Assembly (NCBI GenBank): GCA_964276515.1
Contig: OZ193909.1
Location: forward strand, 9,672,001-9,736,000
Length of the DNA: 64,000 nt
Source: Gordius albopunctatus
Lineage: Eukaryota
Direction of reading: 5' to 3'
In this document: in pieces, positions 1-13,300 of the stretch
Position numbering within the stretch: the stretch's first letter is position 1
Layout of the letters: the number at the start of each line of letters is the position of its first letter
The notes under the pieces: model-generated
What the model was told of the DNA's origin: nothing
Databases searched by the model: none
The model's input: only the letters and a program-made list of their open reading frames with translations
Translations under genes and position numbers: made by a program

Positions 1-37
1 ATGATAATTTTTGCATGGGGTGAGGTTTTAGATTGAG

Positions 38-311
38 AGAAACTAAACTTTTCGTGTTGCGTTTAGATTGTTTCAAAATCGCTTTCTAAGCGTGTCTCTA
101 GTTTTTGAGAAACAAACTCTATTTGATCGTGATTTAAAGTTAAAAACTTTTGAGGACTGATCAAAAAATTTTTTCACTAATTGACCTCTGATATCATAAA
201 CTTTCATGACGGCTATATTGTTGAACAAAAAAATTGAAAAAATTTTGATGTCGAAAAAAATATTTATTTTCATATTCTATCGAAAGGGTGCTGAAAGAAT
301 CTTTAAAATTT
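38..311. repeat. Representative short (S) monomer, 274 bp
   Basis: Anchor-to-anchor distance 38 to 312; ends ...CTTTAAAATTT and runs directly into AGAAACTAAAC. Confidence 0.97.
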
Positions 312-661
312 AGAAACTAAACTTTTCGTGTTGCGTTTAGATTGTTTCAAAATAGCTTTCTAAGCGTGTCTCTAGTTTTTGCGAAACAAACTCTATGTGA
401 TCGTGATTTAAAGTTAATAATTTTTGAGGACTGATCAAAAAATTTTTTCACTAATTGACCTCTGATATCAAAAACTTTCATGACGGCTATATTGTTGAAC
501 AAAAAAATTGAAAAATTTTTGAAGTCGAAAAAAATATTTATTTTCATATTCTATCAAAAGGGGGCTGAAAGAATCTTTAAAAGTTAGTAAATATTCTTAG
601 CATCATGTCCTTGTTAGAATCCGTATGATAATTTTTGCACGGGGTGAGGTTTTAGATTGAG
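312..661. repeat. Representative long (L) monomer, 350 bp
   Basis: Anchor-to-anchor distance 312 to 662; includes the extra 76-bp segment. Confidence 0.97.
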
Positions 662-663
662 AG
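588..663. repeat. 76-bp segment present only in L monomers (first complete copy)
   Basis: TAAATATTCTTAGCATCATGTCCTTGTTAGAATCCGTATGATAATTTTTGCACGGGGTGAGGTTTTAGATTGAGAG lies between ...TTAG and AAACTAAAC in L units and is absent from S units. Confidence 0.95.
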
Positions 664-3600
664 AAACTAAACTTTTCGTGTTGCGTTTAGATTGTTTCAA
701 AATCGCTTTCTAAGCGTGTCTCTAGTTTTTGAGAAACAAACTCTATTTGATCGTGATTTAAAGTTAATAATTTTTGAGGACGATCAAAAATTTTTCACTA
801 ATTGACCTCTGATATCAAATCTTTCATGACGGCTATATTGTTGAACAAAAAAATTGAAAAAATTTTGATGTCGAAAAAAATATTTATTTTCATATTCTTT
901 CGAAAGGGGGATGAAAAAATCTTTAAAAGTTAGTAAATATTCTTAGCATCATGTCCTTGTTAGAATCCGTATGATAATTTTTGCATGGGGTGAGGTTTTA
1001 GATTGAGAGAAACTAAACTTTTCGTGTTGCGTTTAGATTGTTTCAAAATCGCTTTCTAAGCGTGTCTCTAGTTTTTGTGAATCAAACTCTATTTGATCGT
1101 GATTTAAAGTTAATAATTTTTGAGGACTGATCAAAAAATTTTTCACTAATTGACCTCTGATATCAAAAACTTTCATGACGGCTATATTGTTGAACAAAAA
1201 AATTGAAAAATTTTTGAAGTCGAAAAAAATATTTATTTTCATATTCTATCAAAAGGGGGCTGAAAGAATCTTTAAAAGTTAGTAAATATTCTTAGCATCA
1301 TGTCCTTGTTAGAATCCGTATGATAATTTTTGCACGGGGTGAGGTTTTAGATTGAGAGAAACTAAACTTTTCGTGTTGCGTTTAGATTGTTTCAAAATCG
1401 CTTTCTAAGCGTGTCTCTAGTTTTTGAGAAACAAACTCTATTTGATCGTGATTTAAAGTTATTAATTTTTGAGGACGATCAAAAATTTTTCACTAATTGA
1501 CCTCTGATATCAAATCTTTCATGACGGCTATATTGTTGAACAAAAAAATTGAAAAAATTTTGATGTCGAAAAAAATATTTATTTTCATATTCTTTCGAAA
1601 GGGGGATGAAAAAATCTTTAAAAGTTAGTAAATATTCTTAGCATCATGTCCTTGTTAGAATCCGTATGATAATTTTTGCATGGGGTGAGGTTTTAGATTG
1701 AGAGAAACTAAACTTTTCGTGTTGCGTTTAGATTGTTTCAAAATCGCTTTCTAAGCGTGTCTCTAGTTTTTGTGAATCAAACTCTATTTGATCGTGATTT
1801 AAAGTTAATAATTTTTGAGGACTGATCAAAAAATTTTTCACTAATTGACCTCTGATATCAAAAACTTTCATGACGGCTATATTGTTGAACAAAAAAATTG
1901 AAAAATTTTTGAAGTCGAAAAAAATATTTATTTTCATATTCTATCAAAAGGGGGCTGAAAGAATCTTTAAAAGTTAGTAAATATTCTTAGCATCATGTCC
2001 TTGTTAGAATCCGTATGATAATTTTTGCACGGGGTGAGGTTTTAGATTGAGAGAAACTAAACTTTTCGTGTTGCGTTTAGATTGTTTCAAAATCGCTTTC
2101 TAAGCGTGTCTCTAGTTTTTGAGAAACAAACTCTATTTGATCGTGATTTAAAGTTAATAATTTTTGAGGACGATCAAAAATTTTTCACTAATTGACCTCT
2201 GATATCAAAAACTTTCATGACGGCTATATTGTTGAACAAAAAAATTGAAAAAATTTTGATGTCGAAAAAAATATTTATTTTCCTATTCTTTCGAAAGGGG
2301 GATGAAATAATCTTTAAAATTAAGAAACTAAACTTTTCGGGTTGCGTTTAGATTGTTTCAAAATCGCTTTCTAAGCGTGTCTCTAGTTTTTGTGAAACAA
2401 ACTCTATTTGATCGTGATTTAAAGTTAATAATTTTTGAGGACTGATCAAAAAATTTTTCACTAATTGACCTCTGATATCAAAAACTTTCATGACGGCTAT
2501 ATTGTTGAACAAAAAAATTGAAAAATTTTTGAAGTCGAAAAAAATATTTATTTTCATATTCTATCAAAAGGGGGCTGAAAGAATCTTTAAAAGTTAGTAA
2601 ATATTCTTAGCATCATGTCCTTGTTAGAATCCGTATGATAATTTTTGCACGGGGTGAGGTTTTAGATTGAGAGAAACTAAACTTTTCGTGTTGCGTTTAG
2701 ATTGTTTCAAAATCGCTTTCTAAGCGTGTCTCTAGTTTTTGAGAAACAAACTCTATTTGATCGTGATTTAAAGTTAATAATTTTTGAGGACGATCAAAAA
2801 TTTTTCACTAATTGACCTCTGATATCAAATCTTTCATGACGGCTATATTGTTGAACAAAAAAATTGAAAAAATTTTGATGTCGAAAAAAATATTTATTTT
2901 CATATTCTATCAAAAGGGGGCTGAAAGAATCTTTAAAAGTTAGTAAATATTCTTAGCATCATGTCCTTGTTAGAATCCGTATGATAATTTTTGCATGGGG
3001 TGAGGTTTTAGATTGAGAGAAACTAAACTTTTCGTGTTGCGTTTAGATTGTTTCAAAATCGCTTTCTAAGCGTGTCTCTAGTTTTTGAGAAACAAACTCT
3101 ATTTGATCGTGATTTAAAGTTAATAATTTTTGAGGACGATCAAAAATTTTTCACTAATTGACCTCTGATATCAAATCTTTCATGACGGCTATATTGTTGA
3201 ACAAAAAAATTGAAAAAATTTTGATGTCGAAAAAAATATTTATTTTCCTATTCTTTCGAAAGGGTGATGAAAAAATCTTTAAAATTTAGAAACTAAACTT
3301 TTCGTGTTGCGTTTAGATTGTTTCAAAATCGCTTTCTAAGCGTGTCTCTAGTTTTTGTGAAACAAACTCTATTTGATCGTGATTATAAGTTAATAATTTT
3401 TGAGGACTGATCAAAAAAATTTTCACTAATTGACCTCTGATATCAAAAACTTTCATGACGGCTATATTGTTGAACAAAAAAATTGAAAAAATTTTGATGT
3501 CGAAAAAAGTATTTATTTTCCTATTCTTTCGAAAGGGTGATGAAAAAATCTTTAAAATTTAGAAACTAAACTTTTCGTGTTGCGTTTAGATTGTTTCAAA

Positions 3601-4312
3601 ATCGCTTTCTAATCGTGTCTCTAGTTTTTGCGAAACAAACTCTATGTGATCGTGATTTAAAGTTAATAATTTTTGAGGACTGATCAAAAAAATTTTTCAC
3701 TAATTGACCTCTGATATCAAAAACTTTCATGACGGCTATATTGTTGAACAAAAAAATTGAAAAATTTTTGAAGTCGAAAAAAATATTTATTTTCATATTC
3801 TATCAAAAGGGGGCTGAAAGAATCTTTAAAAGTTAGTAAATATTCTTAGCATCATGTCCTTGTTAGAATCCGTATGATAATTTTTGCACGGGGTGAGGTT
3901 TTAGATTGAGAGAAACTAAACTTTTCGTGTTGCGTTTAGATTGTTTCAAAATCGCTTTCTAAGCGTGTCTCTAGTTTTTGAGAAACAAACTCTATTTGAT
4001 CGTGATTTAAAGTTAATAATTTTTGAGGACGATCAAAAATTTTTCACTAATTGACCTCTGATATCAAATCTTTCATGACGGCTATATTGTTGAACAAAAA
4101 AATTGAAAAAATTTTGATGTCGAAAAAAATATTTATTTTCCTATTCTTTCGAAAGGGTGATGAAAAAATCTTTAAAATTTAGAAACTAAACTTTTCGTGT
4201 TGCGTTTAGATTGTTTCAAAATCGCTTTCTAAGCGTGTCTCTAGTTTTTGTGAAACAAACTCTATTTGATCGTGATTATAAGTTAATAATTTTTGAGGAC
4301 TGATCAAAAAAA

Positions 4313-7300
4313 TTTTCACTAATTGACCTCTGATATCAAAAACTTTCATGACGGCTATATTGTTGAACAAAAAAATTGAAAAAATTTTGATGTCGAAAAA
4401 AGTATTTATTTTCCTATTCTTTCGAAAGGGTGATGAAAAAATCTTTAAAATTTAGAAACTAAACTTTTCGTGTTGCGTTTAGATTGTTTCAAAATCGCTT
4501 TCTAAGCGTGTCTCTAGTTTTTGTGAAACAAACTCTATTTGATCGTGATTATAAGTTAATAATTTTTGAGGACTGATCAAAAAAATTTTCACTAATTGAC
4601 CTCTGATATCAAAAACTTTCATGACGGCTATATTGTTGAACAAAAAAATTGAAAAAATTTTGATGTCGAAAAAAGTATTTATTTTCCTATTCTTTCGAAA
4701 GGGGGATGAAAAAATCTTTAAAATTTAGAAACTAAACTTTTTGTGTTGCGTTTAGATTGTTTCAAAATCGCTTTCTAATCGTGTCTCTAGTTTTTGCGAA
4801 ACAAACTCTATGTGATCGTGATTTAAAGTTAATAATTTTTGAGGACTGATCAAAAAAATTTTTCACTAATTGACCTCTGATATCAAAAACTTTCATGACG
4901 GCTATATTGTTGAACAAAAAAATTGAAAAATTTTTGAAGTCGAAAAAAATATTTATTTTCATATTCTATCAAAAGGGGGCTGAAAGAATCTTTAAAAGTT
5001 AGTAAATATTCTTAGCATCATGTCCTTGTTAGAATCCGTATGATAATTTTTGCACGGGGTGAGGTTTTAGATTGAGAGAAACTAAACTTTTCGTGTTGCG
5101 TTTAGATTGTTTCAAAATCGCTTTCTAAGCGTGTCTCTAGTTTTTGAGAAACAAACTCTATTTGATCGTGATTTAAAGTTAATAATTTTTGAGGACGATC
5201 AAAAATTTTTCACTAATTGACCTCTGATATCAAATCTTTCATGACGGCTATATTGTTGAACAAAAAAATTGAAAAAATTTTGATGTCGAAAAAAATATTT
5301 ATTTTCATATTCTATCAAAAGGGGGCTGAAAGAATCTTTAAAAGTTAGTAAATATTCTTAGCATCATGTCCTTGTTAGAATCCGTATGATAATTTTTGCA
5401 TGGGGTGAGGTTTTAGATTGAGAGAAACTAAACTTTTCGTGTTGCGTTTAGATTGTTTCAAAATCGCTTTCTAAGCGTGTCTCTAGTTTTTGTGAATCAA
5501 ACTCTATTTGATCGTGATTTAAAGTTAATAATTTTTGAGGACTGATCAAAAAATTTTTCACTAATTGACCTCTGATATCAAAAACTTTCCTGACGGTTAT
5601 ATTGTTGAACAAAAAAATTGAAAAAATTTTGATGTCGAAAAAAATATTTATTTTCCTATTCTTTCGAAAGGGGGCTGAAAGAATCTTTAAAAGTTAGTAA
5701 ATATTCTTAGCATCATGTCCTTGTCAGAATCCGTATGATAATTTTTGCACGGGGTGAGGTTTTAGATTGAGAGAAACTAAACTTTTCGTGTTGCGTTTAG
5801 ATTGTTTCAAAATCGCTTTCTAAGCGTGTCTCTAGTTTTTGAGAAACAAACTCTATTTGATCGTGATTTAAAGTTAATAATTTTTGAGGACGATCAAAAA
5901 TTTTTCACTAATTGACCTCTGATATCAAAAACTTTCATGACGGCTATATTGTTGAACAAAAAAATTGAAAAAATTTTGATGTCGAAAAAAATATTTATTT
6001 TCCTATTCTTTCGAAAGGGGGATGAAAAAATCTTTAAAATTTAGAAACTAAACTTTTCGTGTTGCGTTTAGATTGTTTCAAAATCGCTTTCTAAGCGTGT
6101 CTCTAGTTTTTGAGAAACAAACTCTATTTGATCGTGATTTAAAGTTAAAAACTTTTGAGGACTGATCAAAAATTTTTCACTAATTGACCTCTGATATCAA
6201 ATCTTTCATGACGGCTATATTGTTGAACAAAAAAATTGAAAAAATTTTGATGTCGAAAAAAATATTTATTTTCCTATTCTTTCGAAAGGGTGATGAAAAA
6301 ATCTTTAAAATTTAGAAACTAAACTTTTCGTGTTGCGTTTAGATTGTTTCAAAATCGCTTTCTAAGCGTGTCTCTAGTTTTTGCGAAACAAACTCTATGT
6401 GATCGTGATTTAAAGTTAATAATTTTTGAGGACTGATCAAAAAAATTTTTCACTAATTCACCTCTGATATCAAAAACTTTCATGACGGCTATATTGTTGA
6501 ACAAAAAAATTGAAAAATTTTTGAAGTCGAAAAAAATATTTATTTTCATATTCTATCAAAAGGGGGCTGAAAGAATCTTTAAAAGTTAGTAAATATTCTT
6601 AGCATCATGTCCTTGTTAGAATCCGTATGATAATTTTTGCACGGGGTGAGGTTTTAGATTGAGAGAAACTAAACTTTTCGTGTTGCGTTTAGATTGTTTC
6701 AAAATCGCTTTCTAAGCGTGTCTCTAGTTTTTGAGAAACAAACTCTATTTGATCGTGATTTAAAGTTAATAATTTTTGAGGACGATCAAAAATTTTTCAC
6801 TAATTGACCTCTGATATCAAATCTTTCATGACGGCTATATTGTTGAACAAAAAAATTGAAAAAATTTTGATGTCGAAAAAAATATTTATTTTCATATTCT
6901 ATCAAAAGGGGGCTGAAAGAATCTTTAAAAGTTAGTAAATATTCTTAGCATCATGTCCTTGTTAGAATCCGTATGATAATTTTTGCATGGGGTGAGGTTT
7001 TAGATTGAGAGAAACTAAACTTTTCGTGTTGCGTTTAGATTGTTTCAAAATCGCTTTCTAAGCGTGTCTCTAGTTTTTGAGAAACAAACTCTATTTGATC
7101 GTGATTTAAAGTTAATAATTTTTGAGGACGATCAAAAATTTTTCACTAATTGACCTCTGATATCAAAAACTTTCATGACGGCTATATTGTTGAACAAAAA
7201 AATTGAAAAAATTTTGATGTCGAAAAAAATATTTATTTTCCTATTCTTTCGAAAGGGGGATGAAAAAATCTTTAAAATTTAGAAACTAAACTTTTCGTGT

Positions 7301-10300
7301 TGCGTTTAGATTGTTTCAAAATCGCTTTCTAAGCGTGTCTCTAGTTTTTGAGAAACAAACTCTATTTGATCGTGATTTAAAGTTAAAAACTTTTGAGGAC
7401 TGATCAAAAATTTTTCACTAATTGACCTCTGATATCAAATCTTTCATGACGGCTATATTGTTGAACAAAAAAATTGAAAAAATTTTGATGTCGAAAAAAA
7501 TATTTATTTTCCTATTCTTTCGAAAGGGTGATGAAAAAATCTTTAAAATTTAGAAACTAAACTTTTCGTGTTGCGTTTAGATTGTTTCAAAATCGCTTTC
7601 TAAGCGTGTCTCTAGTTTTTGCGAAACAAACTCTATGTGATCGTGATTTAAAGTTAATAATTTTTGAGGACTGATCAAAAAAATTTTTCACTAATTCACC
7701 TCTGATATCAAAAACTTTCATGACGGCTATATTGTTGAACAAAAAAATTGAAAAATTTTTGAAGTCGAAAAAAATATTTATTTTCATATTCTATCAAAAG
7801 GGGGCTGAAAGAATCTTTAAAAGTTAGTAAATATTCTTAGCATCATGTCCTTGTTAGAATCCGTATGATAATTTTTGCACGGGGTGAGGTTTTAGATTGA
7901 GAGAAACTAAACTTTTCGTGTTGCGTTTAGATTGTTTCAAAATCGCTTTCTAAGCGTGTCTCTAGTTTTTGAGAAACAAACTCTATTTGATCGTGATTTA
8001 AAGTTAATAATTTTTGAGGACGATCAAAAATTTTTCACTAATTGACCTCTGATATCAAATCTTTCATGACGGCTATATTGTTGAACAAAAAAATTGAAAA
8101 AATTTTGATGTCGAAAAAAATATTTATTTTCATATTCTATCAAAAGGGGGCTGAAAGAATCTTTAAAAGTTAGTAAATATTCTTAGCATCATGTCCTTGT
8201 TAGAATCCGTATGATAATTTTTGCATGGGGTGAGGTTTTAGATTGAGAGAAACTAAACTTTTCGTGTTGCGTTTAGATTGTTTCAAAATCGCTTTCTAAG
8301 CGTGTCTCTAGTTTTTGTGAATCAAACTCTATTTGATCGTGATTTAAAGTTAATAATTTTTGAGGACTGATCAAAAAATTTTTCACTAATTGACCTCTGA
8401 TATCAAAAACTTTCATGACGGCTATATTGTTGAACAAAAAAATTGAAAAATTTTTGAAGTCGAAAAAAATATTTATTTTCATATTCTATCAAAAGGGGGC
8501 TGAAAGAATCTTTAAAAGTTAGTAAATATTCTTAGCATCATGTCCTTGTTAGAATCCGTATGATAATTTTTGCATGGGGTGAGGTTTTAGATTGAGAGAA
8601 ACTAAACTTTTCGTGTTGCGTTTAGATTGTTTCAAAATCGCTTTCTAAGCGTGTCTCTAGTTTTTGAGAAACAAACTCTATTTGATCGTGATTTAAAGTT
8701 AATAATTTTTGAGGACGATCAAAATTTTTTCACTAATTGACCTCTGATATCAAAAACTTTCATGACGGCTATATTGTTGAACAAAAAAATTGAAAAAATT
8801 TTGATGTCGAAAAAAATATTTATTTTCCTATTCTTTCGAAAGGGGGATGAAAAAATCTTTAAAATTAAGAAACTAAACTTTTCGGGTTGCGTTAAGATTG
8901 TTTCAAAATCGCTTTCTAAGCGTGTCTCTAGTTTTTGAGAAACAAACTCTATTTGATCGTGATTTAAAGTTAAAAACTTTTGAGGACTGATCAAAAAATT
9001 TTTCACTAATTGACCTCTGATATCAAATCTTTCATGACGGCTATATTGTTGAACAAAAAAATTGAAAAAATTTTGATGTCGAAAAAAATATTTATTTTCC
9101 TATTCTTTCGAAAGGGGGATGAAAAAATCTTTAAAATTTAGAAACTAAACTTTTCGTGTTGCGTTTAGATTGTTTCAAAATCGCTTTCTAAGCGTGTCTC
9201 TAGTTTTTGTGAAACAAACTCTATTTGATCGTGATTTAAAGTTAATAATTTTTGAGGACGATCAAAAATTTTTCACTAATTGACCTCTGATATCAAATCT
9301 TTCATGACGGCTATATTGTTGAACAAAAAAATTGAAAAAATTTTGATGTCGAAAAAAATATTTATTTTCATATTCTATCAAAAGGGGGCTGAAAGAATCT
9401 TTAAAAGTTAGTAAATATTCTTAGCATCATGTCCTTGTTAGAATCCGTATGATAATTTTTGCATGGGGTGAGGTTTTAGATTGAGAGAAACTAAACTTTT
9501 CGTGTTGCGTTTAGATTGTTTCAAAATCGCTTTCTAAGCGTGTCTCTAGTTTTTGAGAAACAAACTCTATTTGATCGTGATTTAAAGTTAATAATTTTTG
9601 AGGACGATCAAAAATTTTTCACTAATTGACCTCTGATATCAAAAACTTTCATGACGGCTATATTGTTGAACAAAAAAATTGAAAAAATTTTGATGTCGAA
9701 AAAAGTATTTATTTTCCTATTCTTTCGAAAGGGTGATGAAAAAATCTTTAAAATTTAGAAACTAAACTTTTCGTGTTGCGTTTAGATTGTTTCAAAATCG
9801 CTTTCTAAGCGTGTCTCTAGTTTTTGTGAAACAAACTCTATTTGATCGTGATTATAAGTTAATAATTTTTGAGGACTGATCAAAAAAATTTTCACTAATT
9901 GACCTCTGATATCAAAAACTTTCATGACGGCTATATTGTTGAACAAAAAAATTGAAAAAATTTTGATGTCGAAAAAAGTATTTATTTTCCTATTCTTTCG
10001 AAAGGGGGATGAAAAAATCTTTAAAATTTAGAAACTAAACTTTTTGTGTTGCGTTTAGATTGTTTCAAAATCGCTTTCTAATCGTGTCTCTAGTTTTTGC
10101 GAAACAAACTCTATGTGATCGTGATTTAAAGTTAATAATTTTTGAGGACTGATCAAAAAAATTTTTCACTAATTGACCTCTGATATCAAAAACTTTCATG
10201 ACGGCTATATTGTTGAACAAAAAAATTGAAAAATTTTTGAAGTCGAAAAAAATATTTATTTTCATATTCTATCAAAAGGGGGCTGAAAGAATCTTTAAAA

Positions 10301-13300
10301 GTTAGTAAATATTCTTAGCATCATGTCCTTGTTAGAATCCGTATGATAATTTTTGCACGGGGTGAGGTTTTAGATTGAGAGAAACTAAACTTTTCGTGTT
10401 GCGTTTAGATTGTTTCAAAATCGCTTTCTAAGCGTGTCTCTAGTTTTTGAGAAACAAACTCTATTTGATCGTGATTTAAAGTTAATAATTTTTGAGGACG
10501 ATCAAAAATTTTTCACTAATTGACCTCTGATATCAAATCTTTCATGACGGCTATATTGTTGAACAAAAAAATTGAAAAAATTTTGATGTCGAAAAAAATA
10601 TTTATTTTCATATTCTATCAAAAGGGGGCTGAAAGAATCTTTAAAAGTTAGTAAATATTCTTAGCATCATGTCCTTGTTAGAATCCGTATGATAATTTTT
10701 GCATGGGGTGAGGTTTTAGATTGAGAGAAACTAAACTTTTCGTGTTGCGTTTAGATTGTTTCAAAATCGCTTTCTAAGCGTGTCTCTAGTTTTTGTGAAT
10801 CAAACTCTATTTGATCGTGATTTAAAGTTAATAATTTTTGAGGACTGATCAAAAAATTTTTCACTAATTGACCTCTGATATCAAAAACTTTCCTGACGGT
10901 TATATTGTTGAACAAAAAAATTGAAAAAATTTTGATGTCGAAAAAAATATTTATTTTCCTATTCTTTCGAAAGGGGGCTGAAAGAATCTTTAAAAGTTAG
11001 TAAATATTCTTAGCATCATGTCCTTGTTAGAATCCGTATGATAATTTTTGCACGGGGTGAGGTTTTAGATTGAGAGAAACTAAACTTTTCGTGTTGCGTT
11101 TAGATTGTTTCAAAATCGCTTTCTAAGCGTGTCTCTAGTTTTTGAGAAACAAACTCTATTTGATCGTGATTTAAAGTTAATAATTTTTGAGGACGATCAA
11201 AAATTTTTCACTAATTGACCTCTGATATCAAAAACTTTCATGACGGCTATATTGTTGAACAAAAAAATTGAAAAAATTTTGATGTCGAAAAAAATATTTA
11301 TTTTCCTATTCTTTCGAAAGGGGGATGAAAAAATCTTTAAAATTTAGAAACTAAACTTTTCGTGTTGCGTTTAGATTGTTTCAAAATCGCTTTCTAAGCG
11401 TGTCTCTAGTTTTTGAGAAACAAACTCTATTTGATCGTGATTTAAAGTTAAAAACTTTTGAGGACTGATCAAAAATTTTTCACTAATTGACCTCTGATAT
11501 CAAATCTTTCATGACGGCTATATTGTTGAACAAAAAAATTGAAAAAATTTTGATGTCGAAAAAAATATTTATTTTCCTATTCTTTCGAAAGGGTGATGAA
11601 AAAATCTTTAAAATTTAGAAACTAAACTTTTCGTGTTGCGTTTAGATTGTTTCAAAATCGCTTTCTAAGCGTGTCTCTAGTTTTTGCGAAACAAACTCTA
11701 TGTGATCGTGATTTAAAGTTAATAATTTTTGAGGACTGATCAAAAAAATTTTTCACTAATTCACCTCTGATATCAAAAACTTTCATGACGGCTATATTGT
11801 TGAACAAAAAAATTGAAAAATTTTTGAAGTCGAAAAAAATATTTATTTTCATATTCTATCAAAAGGGGGCTGAAAGAATCTTTAAAAGTTAGTAAATATT
11901 CTTAGCATCATGTCCTTGTTAGAATCCGTATGATAATTTTTGCACGGGGTGAGGTTTTAGATTGAGAGAAACTAAACTTTTCGTGTTGCGTTTAGATTGT
12001 TTCAAAATCGCTTTCTAAGCGTGTCTCTAGTTTTTGAGAAACAAACTCTATTTGATCGTGATTTAAAGTTAATAATTTTTGAGGACGATCAAAAATTTTT
12101 CACTAATTGACCTCTGATATCAAATCTTTCATGACGGCTATATTGTTGAACAAAAAAATTGAAAAAATTTTGATGTCGAAAAAAATATTTATTTTCATAT
12201 TCTATCAAAAGGGGGCTGAAAGAATCTTTAAAAGTTAGTAAATATTCTTAGCATCATGTCCTTGTTAGAATCCGTATGATAATTTTTGCATGGGGTGAGG
12301 TTTTAGATTGAGAGAAACTAAACTTTTCGTGTTGCGTTTAGATTGTTTCAAAATCGCTTTCTAAGCGTGTCTCTAGTTTTTGAGAAACAAACTCTATTTG
12401 ATCGTGATTTAAAGTTAATAATTTTTGAGGACGATCAAAAATTTTTCACTAATTGACCTCTGATATCAAAAACTTTCATGACGGCTATATTGTTGAACAA
12501 AAAAATTGAAAAAATTTTGATGTCGAAAAAAATATTTATTTTCCTATTCTTTCGAAAGGGGGATGAAAAAATCTTTAAAATTTAGAAACTAAACTTTTCG
12601 TGTTGCGTTTAGATTGTTTCAAAATCGCTTTCTAAGCGTGTCTCTAGTTTTTGAGAAACAAACTCTATTTGATCGTGATTTAAAGTTAAAAACTTTTGAG
12701 GACTGATCAAAAATTTTTCACTAATTGACCTCTGATATCAAATCTTTCATGACGGCTATATTGTTGAACAAAAAAATTGAAAAAATTTTGATGTCGAAAA
12801 AAATATTTATTTTCCTATTCTTTCGAAAGGGTGATGAAAAAATCTTTAAAATTTAGAAACTAAACTTTTCGTGTTGCGTTTAGATTGTTTCAAAATCGCT
12901 TTCTAAGCGTGTCTCTAGTTTTTGCGAAACAAACTCTATGTGATCGTGATTTAAAGTTAATAATTTTTGAGGACTGATCAAAAAAATTTTTCACTAATTC
13001 ACCTCTGATATCAAAAACTTTCATGACGGCTATATTGTTGAACAAAAAAATTGAAAAATTTTTGAAGTCGAAAAAAATATTTATTTTCATATTCTATCAA
13101 AAGGGGGCTGAAAGAATCTTTAAAAGTTAGTAAATATTCTTAGCATCATGTCCTTGTTAGAATCCGTATGATAATTTTTGCACGGGGTGAGGTTTTAGAT
13201 TGAGAGAAACTAAACTTTTCGTGTTGCGTTTAGATTGTTTCAAAATCGCTTTCTAAGCGTGTCTCTAGTTTTTGAGAAACAAACTCTATTTGATCGTGAT

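Larger units (their letters stand above)
1..3087. repeat. Block duplicated at 13863-16949 (offset 13862 bp); contains a 695-bp L-L dimer repeat
   Basis: ORF starts 73/347/1033/1728/2348 recur at +13862. Rare variants TTATTAATTT (~1461/15323) and GATGAAATAA (~2301/16163) are shared by the two copies. Confidence 0.9.

Noticed and set aside
49..66. CENP-B box-like motif at TTTTCGTGTTGCGTTTAG
   Set aside because: Only TTCG matches; the required A and CGGG of the nTTCGnnnnAnnCGGGn pattern are missing, including in the TTCGGGTTG allele.
38..661. 5S rRNA, spliced-leader, snRNA or histone tandem gene unit
   Set aside because: No recognisable conserved RNA-gene sequence or histone ORF; the unit is uniformly AT-rich.
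312..661. Assignment to Drosophila 1.688 (359-bp) or another named ~350-360-bp satellite
   Set aside because: Only length and AT-richness are similar. I recognise no sequence identity, and a database search is needed.
588..663. 76-bp segment as a tRNA, MITE or mini-intron
   Set aside because: The length is tRNA-like but no cloverleaf or TTCRA motif is visible, and there are no terminal inverted repeats. A GT...AG reading (587-onward) is possible, but no coding context supports splicing or intron loss.
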